DNA of 64,000 nt, from the NCBI RefSeq assembly GCF_036245885.1, contig NZ_BTTX01000008.1; one strand, written 5' to 3'. The stretch's first letter is position 1, and every line of letters begins with the position of its first letter. The DNA is from Corallococcus caeni (GTDB taxonomy: Bacteria > Myxococcota > Myxococcia > Myxococcales > Myxococcaceae). A program made the position numbers and the translations under genes. Of this stretch, positions 16,455 through 26,381 are shown in pieces. The notes below the pieces were generated by a model, which did not search any database, was not told the DNA's origin, and was given only the letters and a program-made list of their open reading frames with translations.

Positions 16455-18233
16455 CTACCGGACGTTGAGGGCCGACGGCGGCCCGCCCACCGCCGGCGGG
16501 ACGAAGGGCACCACCTTCTTGTTGTGCCACTGGACCAGCTTCAGCGACGGGTCCTCCAGCGGCACGTCGAAGGTGTAGGAGATGCGCGTGGGGAACTGCC
16601 CGTCCATCTCCTCGATCCGCACCGTCAGGCCCTTCATGTCGAACTCCTGCCCCTGGGCCACCGGGTGGCGCGCCGCGCGGTGGATGCGCTCCTCCACGGA
16701 GTCCAGGAAGTGGCCGCCCTTGGGCAGCGACAGCTCCAGGGAGTTGGGCCCGGTGCGCGTCACCTTCTGCTCGTTGAGCGAATAGGACAGCACCCACCAG
16801 GCCTTCGGCAGGGGCATGCCCGTGGACCACCAGCGCACGGAGCCGTAGATGCCGATGATGCCGTTGGGGGCGTTGAGCACCACCAGCCGCTGCTCCGGTA
16901 GCTTCGTCTCGTCCAGGGCCTCCTGGTAGCGCAGCTGCACGCGCCCCATGAGGGCGTCCGCCTGCGCGTAGGCCTCCGTGGTCTGCCACCAGATGTAGGG
17001 CGCGCCCACGACGTGCACCAGCGCCAGCAGCGCGGCGCCGGCCAGCACCGCGCCCGCGCGGAACGTGCGCGCCCGTCCCTGCCACGCGTGGCGCAGCACC
17101 ACGGCCAGGCCCACCGCCATGCCCAGGCTGGGCACGATGAGCGTGCGCGAGCCGGCGAACGCGGAGTTGGCCAGCCACGTGGACACGAACGCGCCCGTCA
17201 GCATCCAGCCCACCGTGCGTCGCTCCGCGGCCTCCAGCCGGGGCCACACGCCCCACACGAGCAGCGCGAACAGCGTCAGCCCCACGGCGCCCAGCACCGT
17301 GAACAGGGGCACCATGGACGCGTCGAAGATGAAGTCCGGGGGCGCGTTCAGCGTCAGGCCCGCGATGGCGGCCGGGACGCGGGTGAGCATGGCCTTGAAC
17401 CACTCCACGGGCGTCCCCACGGCGTCCAGGTACATGTCCGAGCCCCCCGCGCCGTAGCCCAGCGCGCGGTACAGCGCGAAGTAGCCCGCCATCAGCACGC
17501 CGAAGGGGATGAGCCCCTTGAGCTTGTCCTTCGCCTGCCCCGGGCCGGAGAAGGCCTCGTAGGCCAGCACGTACGGGCTGAGGATGACCATGGTCTCACC
17601 GCTCAGGAGCGCCAGCGCGAAGGACACCAGCGCGCCCACCAGGGAGCCCGTGCGCTTCTCCTCGCGCCACTTCACGTGGAAGTAGATGCCCAGGACGCCG
17701 AAGAGCAGCGACATCACCACGCTGCGGTAGGACAGCCAGCCCAGCACCGCGGAGTGCGAGCCCCAGATGGCGAAGAGGAACATCGCCACGCCCGCCACCG
17801 CCGTGGGCAGCACGCGCTTGAGCAGCACGCCCGCCAGCACCACTATGCCCACGTACCAGAGCACCGAGTGGACCTGATAGGCCACGGCGACGCGGTTGTA
17901 GAGCAGGTGATCCAGTCCGTAGAACAGGCTGCCCAGGGGCCGGAAGAACGCCACGCGCACGGTGGGCTCCACCCACCACGGGAAGACGCCCACCTGCGCC
18001 AGCCGCAGCGTGTGCTCCGGGATGCCGGTGGCGGTGCGGTACACGTCCAGGGGCGTGTTGCCCAGCGGAGCGGGCGGCGGCACGTGGTCCCAGACGCCCA
18101 GCCAGATGAAGTCATCCGGCATGAAGCCCACGCGCAGCACCAGCGCGCCCAGCACCGCCGCGAACGCGACGGAAATCCAGAAGTAACGTTTAAACGGCCA
18201 ACCCGGGGCGGCTGGCGGGGGAGAAGTATCCAT
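16455..18233 (-). CDS. Polytopic membrane protein with C-terminal soluble domain (possibly GT39/PMT-like glycosyltransferase-like); function unknown
   Basis: About 10 predicted TM helices in the N-terminal 420 aa, followed by a ~170-aa soluble C-terminal domain. Convergent with pitA. Confidence 0.55.
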   Translation of the reverse strand: MDTSPPPAAPGWPFKRYFWISVAFAAVLGALVLRVGFMPDDFIWLGVWDHVPPPAPLGNTPLDVYRTATGIPEHTLRLAQVGVFPWWVEPTVRVAFFRPLGSLFYGLDHLLYNRVAVAYQVHSVLWYVGIVVLAGVLLKRVLPTAVAGVAMFLFAIWGSHSAVLGWLSYRSVVMSLLFGVLGIYFHVKWREEKRTGSLVGALVSFALALLSGETMVILSPYVLAYEAFSGPGQAKDKLKGLIPFGVLMAGYFALYRALGYGAGGSDMYLDAVGTPVEWFKAMLTRVPAAIAGLTLNAPPDFIFDASMVPLFTVLGAVGLTLFALLVWGVWPRLEAAERRTVGWMLTGAFVSTWLANSAFAGSRTLIVPSLGMAVGLAVVLRHAWQGRARTFRAGAVLAGAALLALVHVVGAPYIWWQTTEAYAQADALMGRVQLRYQEALDETKLPEQRLVVLNAPNGIIGIYGSVRWWSTGMPLPKAWWVLSYSLNEQKVTRTGPNSLELSLPKGGHFLDSVEERIHRAARHPVAQGQEFDMKGLTVRIEEMDGQFPTRISYTFDVPLEDPSLKLVQWHNKKVVPFVPPAVGGPPSALNVR

Positions 18234-18453
18234 GTTTCAAATATCTATCAGCACGCCCCCCAAGCGAGATAGGTCCTCCTGGGTCGTCCGCTGCCACCGG
18301 AAACACGCGGAGTGCGGCGCGCGCGACGGAGATCCTTTGCCACTGCCCGGACTCCGGGTGATCCTCCGCTGACGAAGGGGGACGCAGTCCGGCAGGTGCA
18401 TTCACGAACGGGCGCGGCCCGTTTCCTTCCGCGCCGTCGCCGGGCCCGCACGC

Positions 18454-19926
18454 ATGCGCATCGCCATCATCGCCACGTACACCCATCCGACCCGCCTGCG
18501 AATCAAGGAACCCTCCATCATGCAGTCCTCCGTGCCGGAGCTCATCGCGGGCCTGTGCCCGGAGCACGCGCAGGTGGAGATCTTCAACGAGAAGGAGGCG
18601 GACCTGCCGTTGGATCGGCACTGGGACCTGGTCTTCTTCTCGTACCTGCACTCGTACTACGAGCACACGAAGGTCCTCTCCACCCTCTTCCGCCAGCGCG
18701 GCATGACGACGGTGGCGGGCGGCCGGCACGCGGGCCACTTCCCCGACGACGCGGCGAAGTACTTCGACGCGGTCATCACCGGGGAGCCGGAGTCCAACGT
18801 GCCCGCGCTCATCGCGGACTTCGAGAAGGGCGAGCTGAAGCCGCGCTACAGCCTGCCCTCGCACGGCGCCGCAGCCATCCGGCCGTACCGCTACGAGCTC
18901 ATCGACTTCACGCACAACAAGGTGCGCCTGCCCGGCATCGAGGCGTCGCGCGGCTGCCCCTTCACCTGCAACTTCTGCGTGCTCACGGGCCACGAGCGCT
19001 ACCGCTTCCGGCCCATCCCGGAGGTCATCGACGAGATCCAGACGCGCATGCGCTGGAACCCGAACTTCCTGGGGCTGATGGGGGACGCGTTCGTCTTCCT
19101 CGACAACAACCTGGGCGGCTCCCCAAAGTACCTGCGCGCGCTGTGCGAAGCGCTCATCCCCCTGAAGAAGACCTGGGGCTGCGCCCTCACCTTCAACGTG
19201 CTCAAGGACGAGTCGCTGGTGAAGCTGATGGCGAAGGCGGGCTGCCGCTACGTCTACACCGGCCTGGAGTCGCTCAACCCGGACTCCATCAAGGCGATGA
19301 ACAAGGGCCAGAACAAGCTGTCGGAGGTGGACGCCGTCATCCGCCGCGTCTTCTCCGCCGGCATCCTCCTGTCCTTCGGGCTCATCGTCGGCTCGGACGG
19401 CGACACCAACGAGTACCTGCACCGGCTGCCGGAGTACCTGGCGGACCTGAAGTACTTCTCCGTCACGTTCCTGGGCATCGTGTGCCCCTACCCGGAGACG
19501 CCCTTCTTCCGCGAGCTCCAGGCGCAAGACAGGCTCCTGCCCGGCACCATCAGCCGCGACTACGACGGCTACACGCTGTGCCACCGGCCCAAGCAGTTGC
19601 ACGCGTCGGAGGTGGTGGAGCACTTCCAGCGGCTGTGCCGCACGCTGGGGAGCCTGCCCAACATCGCGCGGCACTACGCGTCCAAGCTGATGCTGAGCGA
19701 CCTGCCCCGCTACAAGCAGACCATCCTCTTCTCCGGCCCGGAGATCGTCAGCATCCGCAACCCGCTGAAGAACAAGGAGCGCCGCTACATCGCGGGCCTG
19801 GACGCCATCGAGTCCTGGGACGCGGAGCAGATGGCCACGCTGGGCCTCACGCCGCAGGTCTTGACTGGACCCGGGACGGCAGCCGCACGTCCCACGCCAG
19901 TCCCAGGGCTCGCAGCAGGCGGATGA
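18454..19926 (+). CDS. B12-binding-domain radical SAM protein
   Basis: N-terminal cobalamin-binding-like domain (DLVFFS...VAGGRHAGHFPDD) followed by the radical-SAM cluster motif CPFTCNFC. 490 aa. Confidence 0.85.
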   Translation: MRIAIIATYTHPTRLRIKEPSIMQSSVPELIAGLCPEHAQVEIFNEKEADLPLDRHWDLVFFSYLHSYYEHTKVLSTLFRQRGMTTVAGGRHAGHFPDDAAKYFDAVITGEPESNVPALIADFEKGELKPRYSLPSHGAAAIRPYRYELIDFTHNKVRLPGIEASRGCPFTCNFCVLTGHERYRFRPIPEVIDEIQTRMRWNPNFLGLMGDAFVFLDNNLGGSPKYLRALCEALIPLKKTWGCALTFNVLKDESLVKLMAKAGCRYVYTGLESLNPDSIKAMNKGQNKLSEVDAVIRRVFSAGILLSFGLIVGSDGDTNEYLHRLPEYLADLKYFSVTFLGIVCPYPETPFFRELQAQDRLLPGTISRDYDGYTLCHRPKQLHASEVVEHFQRLCRTLGSLPNIARHYASKLMLSDLPRYKQTILFSGPEIVSIRNPLKNKERRYIAGLDAIESWDAEQMATLGLTPQVLTGPGTAAARPTPVPGLAAGG

Positions 19927-20677
19927 AGAGCCAGCCCGGGTCCCACTGCCACCACACCCAGCCGTGCCGCGCGGACGCGGGGAAGGCGTGGTGGTTGTTG
20001 TGCCAGCCCTCGCCCAGCGCCAGCACGCTCACCCACCACACGTTGCGGCTGTGGTCGCGCGTGTCGTGGGCGCGGTGGCCGAACGCCGCGTGGCACACGG
20101 AGTTCACCGCGTAGGTGCTCTGCATCCAGCACACCACGGGCAGGAAGAAGTACGCGGGCACCGCGCGCCAGCCGAACGTCAGCCCCACGAAGAGCACCCC
20201 CAGCACCTGCGGCGCGATGCGGTAGCGCAGCAGCCAGTGGTAGTACCCGTCGTTCGCCAGGTCGCGGCACCAGGTGCGCCAGCCGTCCTCTTCTGTGGAG
20301 GCCTCGTTGAGGATCCACCCCATGTGCGCGTACCAGAAGCCCCGCGCCGGCGAGTGCACGTCCCCTTCCGCGTCCGCCTTCGCGTGGTGCAGCCGGTGGT
20401 TGGCGGCCCACAGCAGCGGGCTGCCCTGCGCGGTGAGCATGGCCACCGTCACCAGCGCGTACTCCACCCAGCGGGGGCACGCGAAGGCGCGGTGGCACAG
20501 GAGGCGGTGCAACCCCACCGTCGTGCCCAGGCCAATGGACACGTACACGGCCAGCGCCACCGGCAGCGCGTACGGCGGCCAGGGCAGGAAGAACGCCAGC
20601 GCGGCCAGCGCGTGCACCACGACCATGTAACCGACGATGACGGGACTGAGCTGGAAGCGGAGCGGTGCGGTGGTCAT
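19847..20677 (-). CDS. Acyl-CoA (stearoyl-CoA Δ9-type) fatty-acid desaturase
   Basis: His boxes HRLLCH, HRLHH and HNNHH in a polytopic membrane protein. The start is taken at the ATG at 20677 (MTTAPLRFQL). The ORF is open to a GTG at 20758. Confidence 0.8.
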   Translation of the reverse strand: MTTAPLRFQLSPVIVGYMVVVHALAALAFFLPWPPYALPVALAVYVSIGLGTTVGLHRLLCHRAFACPRWVEYALVTVAMLTAQGSPLLWAANHRLHHAKADAEGDVHSPARGFWYAHMGWILNEASTEEDGWRTWCRDLANDGYYHWLLRYRIAPQVLGVLFVGLTFGWRAVPAYFFLPVVCWMQSTYAVNSVCHAAFGHRAHDTRDHSRNVWWVSVLALGEGWHNNHHAFPASARHGWVWWQWDPGWLFIRLLRALGLAWDVRLPSRVQSRPAA

Positions 20678-20754
20678 GGCCCGGTGCGGAGTCGAGGAAG
20701 GAGCACGCAGTCTAGGGGCCCCACCTGACGGGACAAGGAATGCGTCCCCCGGTG

Positions 20755-23700
20755 TCACATCACGCGGACGTCACGGGCGCCTGACGCCTGGGGCACAGGC
20801 AGCGCCTCCGCGGGCGGGAGCCGGGTCGCGGCCTGGAAGCGGTCCATGCGGCGCAGCTCCGCGCGGGCCTCCACCTCCGTGAAGATTTCACGCGCGCGGG
20901 CGAGGAAGGCCTCGCGCCGGTGCGGCAGGGCCACCGCCGCGTCGAAGTAGGCCACGCCCGTCTCCCACCGGTTGGGGCTCTTCTCCAGGACGGCGATGGC
21001 CTCCAGGAACACCGGCTCCGCGGCCCTGGGGCCCTTGCGCAGGGCCAGCGAGCGCGCCGTCACGCGCAGCGCCGGGCCCTTCAGGTACGGGTAGAGCCGG
21101 GCGATGAAGCGCGCCTTGATGCAGGACAGCCGCACGATTCGCAGCAGCTTCCTGCGCGGCACCACCGTGGCGCCCTCCTCCAGCGCGAAGAGGGCCGCCT
21201 CCGCCGCGTCCACCAGCCCCACCTGGAGGAAGGGCACCAGCACCTGGTAGCTCCAGATGCTCTGGAAGCAGCGCACCGCGACGAGCGCCGCCTCCTCCAC
21301 CTGGTGCTCGCGCACCGTGACGTTGGCCAGGTGGTTGAGGCTGGCGCACTGGTTGGCCAGGTCCGCAACCTCCACGCTGATGCGCAGGCCCTGCTCCAGC
21401 TCCGCGCACAGCTCGCCCACGTCGCCTTCGCCCAGCAGGTAGCGGCACATGGGCGCCCACGAGTGCGCCCAGCCCTGGTGCATCAGCGCGTTGAGCTCCA
21501 CGCCAATGGTCTTCATCTGCTCGTAGAGCGCCTCCGCCGTGCGGAAGCGCGAGTGGAGGAACTCGCCCGTGGCCTGCATCATCAGGGACGTCTGGCGCTC
21601 CCAGCGCTCGCCCACCTGGCGCAGCGTGGAGACGGCCTCCTCCTGGAACTCCCGCGCGCGCTGCAGCTCGTTGGCGAAGAAGGCCTGGATGCCCAGGCGG
21701 CTGAGCGCGAGCCCCTCCGCCACCGGGTCCTTGGAGCGCCGCGCGTACTCCAGCGCCTTCTCGCAGTGGTAGCGCGCGCGCTTGAGCAGCCCCGCGCCGA
21801 ACAGCAGCGTGCCGTAGTAGCCGCGCGCCAGGCTCATGGCGTAGTCGCTGCGCGAGCGCTCCGCCATGTTCGTGGACACCAGCGTCGCCCACGTGAGCTT
21901 CATGATGTCCGCGAAGTAGTAGATGCGGATGAGCGAGTTGAGCGTGGACAGCTGCTGGAGGTAGTTGCCCTGCCGGGACGCCGGCAGCGGCCGCAGGATG
22001 AACGGCAGGAGCGAGGCCAGCCCCCGCAGCAGCAGGTTGGCCAGCGTGCGCAGGCCCAGCGCGGGCAGGCTCCCCGGCAGGCTGCGGCCCCGGAGCACCA
22101 GGGACTTCTCCAGGTGCTGCGTGGCGAGCGCGGACTCGCCCTTCTCCTGGTGCGCGCGGCCCAGGCCCAGGTGCAGCTCCGCCTGGCGCTGGGGGTCCTC
22201 TTCGTCCACCAGGCACTGCTCGAACATCAGGATGGCGTTGGCGTAGTGGCCCGCCTGGAGCAGCGTCTCCGCCAGCTCCTGCATCACCCGGCGCATCTTG
22301 ACGAGCATCGCATCCGGGTCCACGGGGGCGACGGTGCCCAAAAGCTCCACGCCGCGGTTGTAGTGGTAGAGCGCGTCGTCGTTCGCGTACTGCGCCCGCG
22401 CGCTGCGGGCCGCCATCAGCGTGTACTCCAGGCCCTTGTCCTCCACGTTGCCCGCGAGGAAGTGGAACGCGAGCAGACCCGCGGAGGCCGCGAGGTTGTC
22501 GTTCGCGCGGACCTCCAGGTAGCGCGCGAGCCGGCGGTGCAGGTCCTCGCGCGCCGACACCAGGAGCGTGTTGTAGGCCACGTCCCGGATGACGATGTGC
22601 TTGAAGAGGCAGGTGTACGGCTCCTCCTGCTCCAGCAGGATGAGGCCCAGGCGCTGGAGCGTGTCCATGGCCTCGCGCAGGCGCTGCGCGCCCAGGGTGG
22701 GCACCAGCGCCGCCACCGCGTCCAGCGTGAAGATGCGCCCGATGACGGACGCCACCTTCACCACCAGCTTCTCCGTCTCGCTGAGCAGGTCGATGCGCGA
22801 CAGCACCACGTCCTGGATGGAGTCCGGCAGCAGCAGGTCCTGCAGGCCGCGCTTGAGCTCCATCCGCGTGGAGCCGGGCTCCGCCAGGCCCAGGTAGCCC
22901 TGCTCCGCCAGGCCCTCCACGATGGATTCGATGAAGAACGGGTTGCCCTGCACCTTCGCGAGCAGCCGGTCCTCCAACGCGACGTCCGGCGGCGACAGGC
23001 GCAGGTGCACGCGCAACAGCGCCCGCGTGTCCTCGTCGTCCAGGCTCACCAGGTCCACGGGGAGGAACTCGGGCAGCTCGCGCAGGCCCTTGACCTGGTC
23101 GCCCGGGCGCATCGTCGCCAGCACCATGATGCGGTGCGAACCCACGCGCACCGCGAGGTGCTGGAGCAGGTCCAACGAGATGTAGTCCGCCCAGTGCAGG
23201 TCCTCGAAGAAGAGCAGCAGCGGCTGCGAGCGGCTGAGCTTCTCCAGCAACAGGAAGACGATCTGGAACACCTTCTGCTGCTTGCGCCGCGCGTCCATCC
23301 CCGCCGTGGCGGACGTCTCCTCCAGCGACATGCCGAGGATGCCCGCCACCACCGGGATCCACTCCGGCCCCACGTCCTCCAGCCCCTCCAGGCCCTGGCG
23401 CAGGCGCGTGAGCTGCGCCTCGGTGTCGTCCGAGTCGTGCAGCCCGAAGGCCTGGAGCAGCACCTCCTTCCAGGGGAAGAAGGGGGTGAAGGCCTCGTAG
23501 GAGTAGCAGACGCCGTACAGCGCCCGCGCGCCGCCCTCCTCCGCGTCCTCCAGCACGCGCGCGCCCAGCCGCGACTTGCCGATGCCCGCCTCGCCGGACA
23601 CCACGCACACGCGGCCCTGGCCGGCGAACGAGGCGTTGAGCGCTTCGTGCAGCACGTTGAGCTCGCGGCTGCGGCCGATGATGTCGCCCCGGCCCTTGAT

Positions 23701-25056
23701 GAAGAGGCCGCGGCGCGTCTCCCCCAGGAGCCGGTACACCGGCACCGGGCGCGAGACGCCCTTGAGCTTCGCGTCCTCCACGAACTCGGTGGCGAAGCCG
23801 CCCTGCTGCGAGCGCGCCTGGGTGTTGGCGCACAGGTGCACGCCGTCCTGGCGTCCGCCGTGCGTCATCAGGCGCGCGGCCATGTTCACGACCTCGCCCA
23901 GCGCCGAGTAGCCCTTGCGCGTGGGCGAGCCCATGTCACCGCAGTACGCGTGGCCGGTGGCGATGCCCATCTGCAGCTCCCCCAGGAAGGGGAACTGCTC
24001 GCGCGCCTTGAGCAGCTTGCAGGCCAGCCGGCACGCCAGGACCTCCTTGTTCTGCTGCGCGGTGGGCGCGCCGAACAGGACGTAGAGCACGTTGCCCTTG
24101 TCCGTGAAGTCCGTCATCAGCAGCACGCCGCCGTGGTGGGCGCTCTCGCGCTGGACGAACTCGTAGTAGGCGTTGAGGTCCCGGGTGAAGGCGTCCGGAT
24201 CCGCGTCCGACGACGCGTGGGTGAAGCGCACGAAGAAGCAGGTGACGTCGCGGAAGTCGCCCGCGAACTCCTGGTGCGCGGTGGTGATCTTCGTGAAGAG
24301 CACCGGGTGCAAGAGCAGCGCGCACCGGCCCACCAGCTCCGCCCCGCCCGTGGGCGCGGGCAGCGGGCGCTTCACGGCCTCCACCGGCGCGTCGAGCGCC
24401 AGCCGGTGGTTGCCACCCTCGCGCGGCTCGCCCCTGCGCGCGGCCTCCGGCAGCGCGGCCCAGGCGCGGGGGCTCAGGACGACCTCCGACACCGTGGCCT
24501 GCTTCTCCGCGCCCACCGCCTGCGCCAGCGGCTCGCCCACGAGCGCCGGGTGCATCCACAGGCCGGTGGCGCCCATCACGATGCGGGTCGCCTCCCCGAA
24601 GCCGATGCCGATGCGCGACGACACGCCGAAGCGCTGGCCCATCAGCTCCAGCCGGGCGAAGCGCGCCAGCCTGCGCTGCACGCTCAGCGCGCACACCGCC
24701 GCGCGCTGCACGACGTCGCCGTCCGCCTCGCCGGGCGCGGCCTCGAAGCACGCGAGGATGGAGTCACCGGCGAACTGGTAGATGTCCCCACCGTGGTCCC
24801 GGACCACGTCGATCATCTCCGTGTAGTAGTTCGTCAGCAGGCGCTGGAGCGCGTCGATGCCGCGCGGGCCCGCGCCGCTCAGCCCCACCACGATGGGCGT
24901 GAAGCCCGCGATGTCGAGGAGCAGGATGGCGCCCCGCACCCCTTCCGCGCGGGGCAGCGCGTCCGCCTCCTGGCTCCCGAGCCGCGCGAGGATGGCCGCC
25001 GGCATGTAGGGCGCCAGCGTCGCGACGACGGGATCGATGGGCTGCGTGGAGGGCAT
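20755..25056 (-). CDS. Large signalling protein with two tandem class-III adenylate/guanylate cyclase domains, a P-loop NTPase (AAA_16/STAND-like) domain and a TPR region
   Basis: First cyclase domain: ILLLDIAGFT...GDIYQFAGDSILACF...RIGIGFGEA. Second cyclase domain: CFFVRFTHAS...LYVLFGAP...GIATGHAYCGDMGS. Walker A: VSGEAGIGKS. The C-terminal ~700 aa are helical and TPR-like. 1433 aa. Confidence 0.85.
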   Translation of the reverse strand: MPSTQPIDPVVATLAPYMPAAILARLGSQEADALPRAEGVRGAILLLDIAGFTPIVVGLSGAGPRGIDALQRLLTNYYTEMIDVVRDHGGDIYQFAGDSILACFEAAPGEADGDVVQRAAVCALSVQRRLARFARLELMGQRFGVSSRIGIGFGEATRIVMGATGLWMHPALVGEPLAQAVGAEKQATVSEVVLSPRAWAALPEAARRGEPREGGNHRLALDAPVEAVKRPLPAPTGGAELVGRCALLLHPVLFTKITTAHQEFAGDFRDVTCFFVRFTHASSDADPDAFTRDLNAYYEFVQRESAHHGGVLLMTDFTDKGNVLYVLFGAPTAQQNKEVLACRLACKLLKAREQFPFLGELQMGIATGHAYCGDMGSPTRKGYSALGEVVNMAARLMTHGGRQDGVHLCANTQARSQQGGFATEFVEDAKLKGVSRPVPVYRLLGETRRGLFIKGRGDIIGRSRELNVLHEALNASFAGQGRVCVVSGEAGIGKSRLGARVLEDAEEGGARALYGVCYSYEAFTPFFPWKEVLLQAFGLHDSDDTEAQLTRLRQGLEGLEDVGPEWIPVVAGILGMSLEETSATAGMDARRKQQKVFQIVFLLLEKLSRSQPLLLFFEDLHWADYISLDLLQHLAVRVGSHRIMVLATMRPGDQVKGLRELPEFLPVDLVSLDDEDTRALLRVHLRLSPPDVALEDRLLAKVQGNPFFIESIVEGLAEQGYLGLAEPGSTRMELKRGLQDLLLPDSIQDVVLSRIDLLSETEKLVVKVASVIGRIFTLDAVAALVPTLGAQRLREAMDTLQRLGLILLEQEEPYTCLFKHIVIRDVAYNTLLVSAREDLHRRLARYLEVRANDNLAASAGLLAFHFLAGNVEDKGLEYTLMAARSARAQYANDDALYHYNRGVELLGTVAPVDPDAMLVKMRRVMQELAETLLQAGHYANAILMFEQCLVDEEDPQRQAELHLGLGRAHQEKGESALATQHLEKSLVLRGRSLPGSLPALGLRTLANLLLRGLASLLPFILRPLPASRQGNYLQQLSTLNSLIRIYYFADIMKLTWATLVSTNMAERSRSDYAMSLARGYYGTLLFGAGLLKRARYHCEKALEYARRSKDPVAEGLALSRLGIQAFFANELQRAREFQEEAVSTLRQVGERWERQTSLMMQATGEFLHSRFRTAEALYEQMKTIGVELNALMHQGWAHSWAPMCRYLLGEGDVGELCAELEQGLRISVEVADLANQCASLNHLANVTVREHQVEEAALVAVRCFQSIWSYQVLVPFLQVGLVDAAEAALFALEEGATVVPRRKLLRIVRLSCIKARFIARLYPYLKGPALRVTARSLALRKGPRAAEPVFLEAIAVLEKSPNRWETGVAYFDAAVALPHRREAFLARAREIFTEVEARAELRRMDRFQAATRLPPAEALPVPQASGARDVRVM

Positions 25057-25072
25057 CCCCGGGGCTTTCCGC

Positions 25073-25474
25073 TCAGGACAACGTGGCGTAGCGCAGGTAG
25101 AGGGCGCCCAGACACACGGCGCCGTAGAGAGGAATCTCCGCCGTCTCCGTCCAGGGCTGCTGCTTCATGACCGCGCCCCAGACATGCACCGCGGTCATGA
25201 TGCCGCCAATGAGGCCGATGAGCTCGAAGATGACCAGGTGGCTCTTGGGGTCCGGGATGAACTGCACCACCGCGATGATGACGGACAGCGCCAGGCCGCC
25301 CAGGCAGCGCGCGAAGTAGACCGTCAAATCGTTGTTGCCCGTGGGCAGCTCCCAGCCGAACCATCGCGCCCAGCGCAGCGGCACGAACAGCAACGGCAGC
25401 GCGTAGACGACCGCGAAGACCGAGGTGGAGACCGCGAGGAACCAGCTGGCCAGCGGATAGTCGGGGTTGATCAT
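25073..25474 (-). CDS. Small integral membrane protein (4 predicted TM helices), function unknown
   Basis: Hydrophobic ORF whose stop is 16 bp upstream of the cyclase gene start. The start is taken at the Met MINPDYPLASW (25474). The ORF is open to 25540. Confidence 0.45.
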   Translation of the reverse strand: MINPDYPLASWFLAVSTSVFAVVYALPLLFVPLRWARWFGWELPTGNNDLTVYFARCLGGLALSVIIAVVQFIPDPKSHLVIFELIGLIGGIMTAVHVWGAVMKQQPWTETAEIPLYGAVCLGALYLRYATLS

Positions 25475-25607
25475 GATGGCGGGCGAGGCAAGGGCTCCGG
25501 GCGTCCTGCTGCCGGGCGCACCCTGCCCCACGCCGTCCATCCTAGAATCTTTTCCCTCCCCGTGGGGCGCCTTCCCCCCGCCCGGCCCCCGTCAGCCCGG
25601 CTGCCGC

Positions 25608-26138
25608 CTAGCGGGTGGCGGCCAGGAGGAACTCGGCCACCCGCTCCAGGGAGAGGGTCCGCTCGGCTTCCGCCGGGAAGCGCCGGAAGGCCTCCGGTGG
25701 CCCGTGCAGGATGAGCGGCTTGCCATAGCGCAGCGCCAGGACGGCCTCCGCCGCGGTGCCCGCCCCTCCGGGCAGCGCGACCAGGGCATGCGGCGTCAGC
25801 ACGTTGATGTGGTTGCGGCTCATGGGGTCCGTGCCCTGCTCCCCGCTGAGCGGCAGGTGCGTGTAGATGGGGATTTCGATGTCCGTGTTCGGGTAGCCGG
25901 GCCGGGGCTGGTAGCGGCCATCCGCCCCGACGGTGCCGGGGATGATGCCGATGGCCGCCCCCCGCCGCCCCTCCACCTGGACGAATGCCGCGGTGGCCAC
26001 GCTCATGACGCCGCCCCCCGCGCCGGTCAGCAGGTCGAAGCCCGCCTCCGCAATCCACCGCGCCAGGGGGATGACCCACTCCTCGTGGGTCTCCGTGCCG
26101 GAGCCGAAGACTCCGATGATGCGGCGGTGTCTGCGCAT
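25608..26138 (-). CDS. LOG-family / TIGR00725-like Rossmann-fold nucleotide-binding protein
   Basis: LOG motifs GAGGGVM and PGGAGTAAE. ~176 aa. GGAGG lies 9 nt upstream of the ATG at 26138. Confidence 0.7.
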   Translation of the reverse strand: MRRHRRIIGVFGSGTETHEEWVIPLARWIAEAGFDLLTGAGGGVMSVATAAFVQVEGRRGAAIGIIPGTVGADGRYQPRPGYPNTDIEIPIYTHLPLSGEQGTDPMSRNHINVLTPHALVALPGGAGTAAEAVLALRYGKPLILHGPPEAFRRFPAEAERTLSLERVAEFLLAATR

Positions 26139-26381
26139 GACTGCGTCCTCCCCGAAAAGCCGGAACTACGTGAGCCCCTGTTCCATGCGAATCCCCGGCC
26201 AACGCCGCAAGGGCTCACGGACCGGCGTGCGGCCTTCATCCCGTCCACCCGTGGAAGGTGCGCGCCGCGAGCGTCGCCTGTCCGTCGCTTCCCTCCTCCC
26301 GGAGCGCGAGGCGTGCCCGCACGACCCGTGATGTCGGACCCCTGCTCTACCTTCGTTCGCGAGTGAGCAAGGAGGCCGCCC

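Noticed and set aside
18339-18345. GCCACTG heptamer (cobalamin-riboswitch 'B12 box' core) about 110 bp upstream of the B12-binding radical SAM gene
   Set aside because: The surrounding sequence lacks the rest of the B12-element consensus (GGGAAG, GGTG, AATCC) in the correct order. An isolated heptamer in GC-rich DNA is expected by chance.
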